From Macrostomum lignano (taxonomy: Eukaryota), in NCBI GenBank assembly GCA_002269645.1, contig NIVC01001630.1, positions 1 through 64,000 on the forward strand: a DNA stretch of 64,000 nt, given 5' to 3'. Below the pieces are notes generated by a model. That model was not told the origin of the DNA, did no database searches, and was given only the letters and a program-made list of their open reading frames with translations. Below are positions 55,346-64,000 of the stretch, one piece after another (within the stretch, counting starts at the first letter, position 1; the number at the start of each line of letters is the position of its first letter). A program made the position numbers and the translations under genes.

Positions 55346-55839
55346 TACCACCATGAATTGGGTCACCACGGTTCCGATGCAGGTCACTAATGGGGATCAC
55401 CGAAGGGTACGTTGTCCTTGTGGTTACAATAAAGTTCAATAAAGGCCGGGTCGTCATTAAGGATTAAGAATCGGACACGTACGTACCCAACTTGTTTATT
55501 TCTCAATCTTTTTGTTAACTCTAGTTATGAAGGTTAATTCGAAAGTTTGTTTCAACTGGTAGAATTTTTAAATAATTTGTGTACTTTTTTCTAAAATAAA
55601 CTATTTTTAATGCACTCGATATTTTTTTTTCATACCTTTAAACAAAAACAAAACTGTTTGTTTTAATTTTTCACTCAAAAAGTGACCAGAAATAATACAG
55701 TTACGAGCTGTATAATTTTCACTCTGCGCCATTCGTAAGTGAAATCGCCGAGAATATCCTACCTAAAACCATTGAATGACTGTAGTGAAGAAACCACAGC
55801 ACCCAGTGGCGCATATAAGCTATGCTGGAAAGGGGATGG

Positions 55840-56091
55840 AGATGACGTCGCCGTGGATTTTATGGTGAGCGGAGGACAAAGCCAATAAAGTTCTACATGT
55901 ACACATACATTATTTTCAGAATACCGCAGGAACTTATTCTAAATCTATATATTTTGTCGCCCTAAATAAAAATTATTGAGTTCCATAACGAGTCACACGG
56001 TTGGGTGGGGGACAAGCATTGGCATGTCCCCCCATAGCTTTTACTGGGGGGGGCATATCCCCCTGTCCCCCGGTACGTGGCGACGCCCCCG
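55840..56091. mobile_element. Short deletion derivative related to the 44458-45991 element
   Basis: Shares cgtcgcc..gattt...ggacaaagccaa and ggggacaa..cattggcatgt.cccc.tagcttttact.ggggg.cat.tccccctgtcccc...gtggcgacg; no TSD seen. Confidence 0.55.
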
Positions 56092-56537
56092 TGTTTGGGT
56101 TCACTAACTTTAGAGGCCATCATCAAATCCGTATACTAAAAATGGTCTGTCGGCAGGTAAGGTATCAACTCATTGCGCAGTTGTTAGTTAGTTATTTAAA
56201 CTGCATATTTAATGAGATGACGGAAAAGCTGCAATGCCGATGATTAATCGGGCCCACATAAAAGCAACAGGGAAGAATATGTAGATAGGAGCATTAGAGG
56301 CATATTTCATAATTGCTTTTCTACCCCCCCCCCCCAACAAGTATAGGGATGTTGATGGCAGGAATTTAATTATCATAATTGCTGTTTTATGGCCGTCTCC
56401 CAGAGTCCTGAGATCAAGCGGCATCGCAGAGGGAGGGAGGTCTTTTCGACCTACAATGTAATGTAGCGTAAATAGTTGCTGTAAGCTCTGCTGTTTTTTA
56501 TTACAGGCAGGTGGGCTCTGGGCTGTGAGCTAGCACC

Positions 56538-56862
56538 TGTCACACTTTAAATGACATGGTCACGCAACCGGCGAGAGGCATTACTGCCCATTCCGCCGAC
56601 TCCCCTGAGCAGGCACGCGGATACGTACGCAGTCATACGCACAGGCATCCACACACAGAGTGTACAGCGGCCCTAACTTTATTTTTCGATAGGTATGTAC
56701 ACTTCACTGTGCCTTGGGGGTTGGCCCTCAAGGCCGTTAATTGCACGAGCAGAGCCAAGCCGAGATTCCAATCTAGCCCTAAATTAATGCGACTGCACTT
56801 GGAATCGAGCCTGGGCCGCTGGCACATCAGAGCGCCAGGCTGGGCCACTAGCTATAGGCTAC
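56538..56862 (-). mobile_element. tRNA-derived SINE (copy 1, degraded 5' end)
   Basis: Homologous over about 280 bp to 62857-63138; A-box-like TAGCTAGTGG and B-box-like GGCTCGATTCC on the minus strand. Confidence 0.75.
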
Positions 56863-57084
56863 AGCCACTTGTTGATGGCTTCAGTTTAATTATCATAATT
56901 GATTTTCTATCATCCCAAGTAGAAATGCGTTTCATTTTCATGCCCTTTTTACACTACTTATCAGATATCTGCATAGTAGAAATATGCGAATAGTAAAATG
57001 GCTGATCTGTTTTTGTTCGCCAGCTAAATTCAAGAAAATGATGACCGTCATGCATCAGAAGGCCGCCGTCATATCCGAAAATCT

Positions 57085-57600
57085 GGGAGGAAAGGGAGAG
57101 ACTGAGTGAGAGGGAGGGTGTGGGGAAAGGGAGAGACTGAGTGAGAGGGAGGGTGTGGGAGGAAAGGGAGAGACTGAGTGAGAGGGAGGGTGTGGGAGGA
57201 AAGGAGAGACTGAGTGAGAGGGAGGGTGTGGGAGGAAAGGGAGAGACTGAGTGAGAGGGAGGGTGTGGGAGGAAAGGGAGAGACTGAGTGAGAGGGAGGG
57301 TGTGGGGAAAGGGAGAGACTGAGTGAGAGGGAGGGTGTGGGAGGAAAGGGAGAGACTGAGTGAGAGGGAGGGTGTGGGAGGAAAGGGAGAGACTGAGTGA
57401 GAGGGAGGGTGTGGGAGGAAAGGGAGAGACTGAGTGAGAGGGAGGGTGTGGGAGGAAACGGAGAAACTGAGTGAGAGGGAGGGTGTGGGAGGAAAGGGAG
57501 AGACTGAGTGAGAGGGAGGGTGTGGGGGAAGGAGAGGAGAGGGTGCGAGAGGCAGAGAGTGGAGAGAGTGAGTGAGAGGGGGAGTGGTAGGGAGGGGGTG
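57085..57600. repeat. About 37-bp GA-rich minisatellite
   Basis: gggagagactgagtgagagggagggtgtgggaggaaa units. Confidence 0.95.
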
Positions 57601-58391
57601 AGGGAGAGGAAGAGAGTGAAAAGTAAATCTGCTCAAAGAGAGCCAGCAGCCGCAAGTGCTCATATACCATACTCGACCTGAGTTCACCTTGAATCCTACT
57701 GACTCGAATATTTAAATGCAAAAATTTAAGCACTTTATTTTTCCGTCTGATGGCAGGGAAGCAATCAAACCTTTTTGACCTTGCATATTTTTGTTTATTT
57801 CTGTTAGGTTTAATTAAACCAAACAATGCAGACTTAAACTCTAAATAATCAGCACAATATCGCGTCAATGAAACAGTTACAAGCTTACTAAGGTTTGCTT
57901 AATAATATAAATAAAAACACGACAGAAGAGTACAGGCTGCAATGGTAAACTATTAACCTAGCTATTTACAATGTACATGAATAGGGATAAAATTCCTCAG
58001 AACACAACAATGGTTAGTGTGATAAATTTTATTTGATGGAGGGGATGAATTGATGTTGCGAAATTTGCTGTTAAAACTTTGTCAGAGTTTACTACTGTAA
58101 GTATCGAGTAGTGCATACAAAAATTAGGACAACAAATAGTTAAACAAAATAACAAATTACTTTGGTGAAAAATGATTTGTATTACGCGTGAGGTGAAGAG
58201 CCCGAAGTGACGGTACAGGCTATGCAGACCGACGGCACATGACGGACGTAAGTTGCCGAACATTTATTGATTGCAGTTCACTTCGAGCTGCATTGGAAAG
58301 CGTGCAAATTGATTAATAATGAAATGTGACGGCACACACAGTGATACATTTTAAACTGTCTGGTTGAGTATTCACAGTCGGTACAAGCGCA

Positions 58392-59271
58392 TCAGTCCCT
58401 GCCACTGCGGTTGTCTCGCCTCTTCTGCCGCCGTCGCTGTCTTCTCCGACCTCGTCCCCCCGTAGCTTCCAGCCGCTGCAGACGCTCCTGCAGCTGGACA
58501 GTCCACGGCCAGACAATGTCCCGTCGCAGCAGCATCGACTGCCGCCTTCGCCGTCGACGACGCTTACGCGCTAAACGCTGTCGACGCTCTCGTTTCGGCA
58601 GGCGACGCAGGACCAGATAGGGCAAGCCGGGCTGCAACTGCGGCGGACAGCTGCAGTCCCAGTGGCGTCGACGGATGTACAACTCAGTTGTGGTGGATCC
58701 GGCCGGGCTGTCGCAGGAGCCGATGAGGTTTCGATCCGACGGCTCGGTCGGGATTGAGCAGCGAATGGTGAGCTGAACGGTGCCAACCACTCTCACCCAG
58801 CGGCGTTCAAAGGCGACGCGTTGAACTAAGAAGGCCACGGCTGCAATTAAGGAAGTTAAGGAAATTTTTTATCTTGGAAAAATTCGTGACTGCAACTCTG
58901 AATAAACGCATGAAGTGTTGGGCCAATTGTACTCGTAGATTCCTGTATGTCACCAATGCAAGTTGAAGTGACGTCGTTGAGAATATCCTATTTATTAACT
59001 AGTGAAGGAACTATTTAACGGGCTTTAGCACCAGGGGCGCCAGCACCAGGGGCGCCAGCACCAGGGGCGCCAGCACCAGGGGCGCCAGCACCAGGGGCGC
59101 CAGCAACAGGGGCGCCAGCACCAGGGGCGCCAGCACCAGGGGCGCCAGCACCAGGGGCGCCAGCACCAGGGGCGCCAGCACCAGGGGCGCCAGCACCAGG
59201 GGCGCCAGCACCAGGGGCGCCAGCACCAGGGGCGCCAGCACCAGGGGCGCCAGCAACAGGGGCGCCAGAGC

Positions 59272-59361
<90 letters not shown>

Positions 59362-61704
59362 TCTCTCTTTCTTACTCTCTCTCTCTCTCTCTCTCGCTCT
59401 ATCTCTCACTCTCCCTCCTGTCTCTCTACCACTCTCTCCCCTGTCTGTCTCACTCTCTCTCCTGTCTGTCTCACTCTATCCCCTGTCTGTCTCACTCTCT
59501 CCCCTGTCTGTCTCACTCTCTCCCCTGTCTGTCTCACTCTCTCCCCTGTCTGTCTCACTCTCTCCCCTGTCTGTCTCACTCTCTCCCCTGTCTGTCTCAC
59601 TCTCTCTCTCTCCTGTCTGTCTCACTCTCTCCCCTGTCTCTCTCACTCTCTCCCCTGTCTCTCTCACTCTCTCCCCTGTCTCTCTCACTCTCTCCCCTGT
59701 CTGTCTCACTCTCCCCCCTGTCTGTCTCACTCTATCCCCTGTCTGTCTCACTCTCCCCCCTGTCTGTCTCACTCTCCCCTGTCTGTCTCACTCTCTACCC
59801 TGTCTGTCTCACTCTCTCTCCTATCTGTCTCACTCTCTCTCCTGTCTGTCCCACTCTCTCTCCTGTCTGTCTCACTCTCTCTCCTGTCTGTCTCACTCTC
59901 TCCCCTATCTGTCTCACTCTCTCCCCTATCTGTCTCACTCTCTCTCCTGTCTGTATCACTCTCCCCCCTGTCTGTCTCACTCTCTTTCCTGTCTGTCTCA
60001 CTCTCTCTCCTGTCTGTCTCACTCTCCCCCCTGTCTGTCTCACTCTCTCCCCTGTCTGTCTCACTCTCTCTCCTGTCTGTCTCACTCTATCCCTTGTCTG
60101 TCTCACTCTCTCCCCTATCTGTCTCACTCTCTCTCCTGTCTGTCTCACTCTCCCCTGTCTGTCTCACTCTCTACCCTGTCTGTCTCACTCTCTCTCCTAT
60201 CTGTCTCACTCTCTCTCCTGTCTGTCCCACTCTCTCTCCTGTCTGTCTCACTCTCTCTCCTGTCTGTCTCACTCTCTCCCCTATCTGTCTCACTCTCTCC
60301 CCTATCTGTCTCACTCTCTCTCCTGTCTGTATCACTCTCCCCCCTGTCTGTCTCACTCTCTTTCCTGTCTGTCTCACTCTCTCTCCTGTCTGTCTCACTC
60401 TCCCCCCTGTCTGTCTCACTCTCTCCCCTGTCTGTCTCACTCTCCCCCCTGTCTGTCTCACTCTATCCCCTGTCTGTCTCACTCTCCCCCCTGTCTGTCT
60501 CACTCTCCCCTGTCTGTCTCACTCTCTACCCTGTCTGTCTCACTCTCTCTCCTATCTGTCTCACTCTCTCTCCTGTCTGTCCCACTCTCTCTCCTGTCTG
60601 TCTCACTCTCTCTCCTGTCTGTCTCACTCTCTCCCCTATCTGTCTCACTCTCTCCCCTATCTGTCTCACTCTCTCTCCTGTCTGTATCACTCTCCCCCCT
60701 GTCTGTCTCACTCTCTTTCCTGTCTGTCTCACTCTCTCTCCTGTCTGTCTCACTCTCCCCCCTGTCTGTCTCACTCTCTCCCCTGTCTGTCTCACTCTCT
60801 CTCCTGTCTGTCTCACTCTATCCCTTGTCTGTCTCACTCTCTCCCCTATCTGTCTCACTCTCTCTCCTGTCTGTCTCACTCTCCCCCCTGTCTGTCTCAC
60901 TCTCTTTCCTGTCTGTCTCACTCTCTCTCCTGTCTGTCTCACTCTCCCCCCTGTCTGTCTTACTCTCCCCTGTCTGTCTCACTCTCTACCCTGTCTGTCT
61001 CACCCTCTCTCCTGTCTGTCCCACTTTCTCTCCTGTCTGTCTCACTCTCTCCCCTATCTGTCTCACTCTCTCTCCTGTCTGTCTCACTCTCTCTCCTGTC
61101 TGTCTCACTCTCTCTCCTGTCTATCTCACTCTCTCTCATGTCTGTCTCACTCTCTCCCCTGTCTATCTCACTCTCTCTCCTGTCTGTCTCACTCTCTCTC
61201 CTGTCTATCTCACTCTCTCTCATGTCTGTCTCACTCTCTCTCATGTCTATCTCACTCTCTCTCATGTCTGCCTCACTCTATCGATGCAAAAAATGGCAAG
61301 GAAATAATTTCAAGCAGGTTCTTTCCTTCTAATGTATATTTCTAAACCATAAAAGCCTACGGTCCTAAACGTCCAAAACTGATGCCAGAAACTCTTAGTA
61401 ATCTATGCGTCGAGAAATACAGAGGAAAAATTTCAATTTCAACGCCCGAATGGTTTTAACGAGTTGAATAAAAATTCCCCAGAGAAGCTGCCGTATTTTC
61501 AGTTTCTGGATTGCGGATTTCACACTGAGACTGAAGACCGCCCAGATTTCCAGTTCAAAACGGCAATTTCGGATTGGATAAAGCTCTGCTTACCCCAGTC
61601 AACATTTCTGTAGTTGGCCCTGCTTAAACGTCTGCTATTCGACGCGCATTTTGTTGGACACTTTTTGTGCTTTGAGCTGCGGACTGCAGACTTCTCGTCG
61701 ACAT
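58392..61704 (-). CDS. 3' exons of a netrin-like gene (NTR/C345C domain)
   Basis: Exon 61704-61594 (ttacag|, g|gtaag; ...KCPTKCASNSRRLSRANYRNVDW) joins in phase 1 to terminal exon 58840-58392 (AVAFLVQRVAFERRWVRVVGTV...WDCSCPPQLQPGLPYLVL...IVWPWTVQLQERLQRL). This follows the netrin NTR pattern C..C...YC..DYAV...W....V...C.CP.L.P...YLLL...V..W...RL. Possible further exons at 62639-62556 and 62518-62439. Confidence 0.7.
59020..59268. repeat. 15-bp minisatellite (gcaccaggggcgcca)n
   Basis: Direct inspection; intronic to the NTR gene. Confidence 0.95.
59276..61275. repeat. (CT)n tract followed by a 21-bp minisatellite (cctgtctgtctcactctctct)n
   Basis: Direct inspection; fills the intron between NTR exons and produces the 690-aa and 412-aa periodic ORFs. 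Confidence 0.97.
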
Positions 61705-62856
61705 CTGTAAAAAGTGAGGAGTTAGGTTCTTTGAGTCTGTGAGTTGGGTCCCATGATTTCGTACATCAGAATGTTCCTTCTGGTGGGTCCGAGAGGCTCA
61801 CCAGTGTAAAGGGTATAGGGGGAGAATGTTGGTTATTCATTAGATTTTGAACCTTTCACTGACGCTAGCTTGCATCCTGAATTGTGACTTAGGATGTCGG
61901 ATGAAAATCATACAACTTCCTGGTGTTAAAGCTGATACCCGCGCTTTGGTAGCTCGTCCCATATATGGGTGTCACCCACCGCCATGATATACACGGCACA
62001 CAAAGGAATTCCATGAATTGCACACGAGCCAGACTAGTCTGCTAAATAGATTAGCACCTTTTCACATTAGCATCCTGTACCCCCCCCCCCTGGTAAACAG
62101 ATCATTTTTTACCCGCGCTAATTGGCTTCAACAAAACGTTTTGAACCCTGAAATATTCAATGCGTTCATCTATTTGGTAAAAGTGTTTTCAGCGGAATTC
62201 CACAACTTGGATGCATACGAGTTTCAGCTATACTATTCAAGTTCAAATCCCAACTGTTCTAAATTTGGTCATTCAAAGGAAATTAGTAAGTCTGCAGTGT
62301 CTCCCCTGCCTTTGGTTGTTCGCTCTCTTTAAAAAACTTGGACGAAGTTACAGAGTCACAAGTGGAGTTACGTAATACAAGATTCTTCTATTCAAGAGCT
62401 TCAACACGTCTTAGTCAGCTGGAATAGCACTTGGTTACCTTCTTCGCTGATGGATAGCTGACACATTTCGCAACACCCTTCTGGTCTTCTTTCAAACTCT
62501 ATTTGATGACCGGAATTTCTGTCAAAAATGTAACCTTAAAGACATTCACCTTCACCATCTGACGTCTTTGTTCTCTCGGTCGCCGAGGCCGATTCTGCTG
62601 AGTCAGTCTCTGTTTTTGGCGACGCTGACCGATCGACATCTGCGGGTAGATTGAACTTTTTGAGTGACGCACAAAGCTGAAGGCTCGTTCACATCACCAC
62701 TAAGATAAGACCAAAGTAGTGTGACAACAACTTTGTACATCGGTCGAGTGATTTGATGGCTAATTTGACAGCAGTGTGAATGAGCCCTGAAAGGTAAAAG
62801 CTTACAGAGGTAGATAGTCTACCTAGAGTTAGTTTGTTGGCCTGAGTGCACCCTGG

Positions 62857-63138
62857 CGCACTTTAAGCGACATTGTCACACAACCGGCGAGAGGCATTAC
62901 TGCCCATTTCGACGACTCCCCTGAACAGGCACACAAGCGCGTGAATACGTACGCAGTCACACACACAGGCACACACTCACACAGATATATACACTTCACT
63001 GTGCCTTGGGCGTGCGTTGGCCGAGCAGAGCCAAGCCGAGATTCCAATTTAGCCCCAAATTAATGTGACTGCACTTGGAATCGAGCCTGGGCCGCTGGCA
63101 CACCAGAGCGCCGCACTTGACCACTAAGCTACGGCCCC
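62857..63138 (-). mobile_element. tRNA-derived SINE (copy 2, best preserved)
   Basis: 5' GGGGCCGTAGCTTAGTGGTCAAGTGCGGCGCT...CCCAGGCTCGATTCC (A and B boxes); 3' fragments of the same family on the + strand at about 41640-41700 and 46000-46090. Confidence 0.8.
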
Positions 63139-64000
63139 TTAGAGGTACGGGCCATACTCAGCAACATTAAAATGCCGCCACCCTTTGCCCCAGTGAGCAG
63201 TGTCTTTCGACCAGCGTTTATCACCTGGCTAACCATTTTGATATTAAAAAATGCTTGCAAAACAATGAAAACCGGGCGGAAGCTTCAATCCGTCTAATCT
63301 TCGCCCTCCGCTCTTCCCGATCCCTCCTCACCCAGCCCAGCTGTGCGTCACGTGGTCAGTTTTGTAGTTTGAAATCCTCAATGAATCCTTGCAGGATTCT
63401 TAATCTTATTGACGGTCCATCCTCTACGTCACGATTTCATCTGATCCTGACTGCTTCAAATAGAGGCGTTAATTGACTGAGGATACCTCATTTCCAAGAA
63501 TGCATGCAATCTTTCCCGCCGCATCTGCTTCTATCTGATGTTTTTTCAGCTTTCAACTTTTTTGGCCGGCAATCAGTCGGGGAGAGGAAGAAACACGATG
63601 TGGCAATTAGCCAGCCAGAATTTTTAAGGGCGTCTGATGCTTTTAAAGCGATCGTTTTTTTGGAACAGATTTTTGCTTTTCCGATCTTCAATCAGTCGAA
63701 GAACCGTGATCAAGTGGTGAAGAGCTGACAAGTTCAGTTACAGGATGAAAGCCAGACTGAGATGAAAAAATCGGGGATGGATAGAGTGTAATGTTTTCTG
63801 CCATACAAATATGCTAATGACTTAGAAGCATTAGACACATTGAGACCTTTCTAAAAAACTGGTAGGTCATTTGTCTAGAAATTGAGCGCATCTCCCCATG
63901 AAAAAGGTGGCTATCATTTTTTTCCAAACAGAATTGAAAACTTTTAAAGAAAAAATAAAGTTGCTTTTCCCATTAAAAATTTGATACAAATTCAAGTAAA

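Noticed and set aside
59273-61345. 690-aa, 412-aa and RQTGERV-repeat ORFs
   Set aside because: Products of a CT-rich minisatellite inside the NTR-gene intron.
63060-63138. tRNA gene
   Set aside because: A and B boxes are present but the acceptor stem does not close, and it continues into a dispersed repeat body, so it is a SINE head.
63480-63730. Possible additional minus-strand exons
   Set aside because: Splice-like sites exist, but every frame has stops and none resembles laminin/EGF or another known domain.

Overview
A 64-kb eukaryotic (animal) genomic window: GC-rich, intron-poor genes sit among large minisatellite arrays and nested transposons. The overall style suggests a flatworm such as Macrostomum, but that is inference only. 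Supportable genes: the 3' end of a frameshifted ankyrin-repeat gene, an intronless Na+/H+ exchanger, a two-exon orphan rhodopsin-type GPCR, UBE2G1 (first exon not found), three tandem RING/zinc-finger/coiled-coil/NHL-like (TRIM-NHL-like) genes with clear mosaic structure, a Lys/Glu-rich terminal exon, a divergent POT/SLC15-like transporter, a broken DEG/ENaC 3' half, a four-exon secreted PAN/apple + ALK/LTK-type glycine-rich protein, and netrin-type NTR-domain exons. Mobile DNA: an intact 3.47-kb Chapaev-like element (231-bp TIRs, 4-bp TSD) whose transposase carries RAG1/Transib-like core motifs, a CpG-decayed hAT with an 8-bp TSD, a young non-autonomous LTR element with an unusually long tRNA-like primer region, a decayed RTE-type LINE split by a TTAA-flanked insert, several MITEs and tRNA-derived SINEs. 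All splice models, alignments and family assignments were made by eye; no database search was run.
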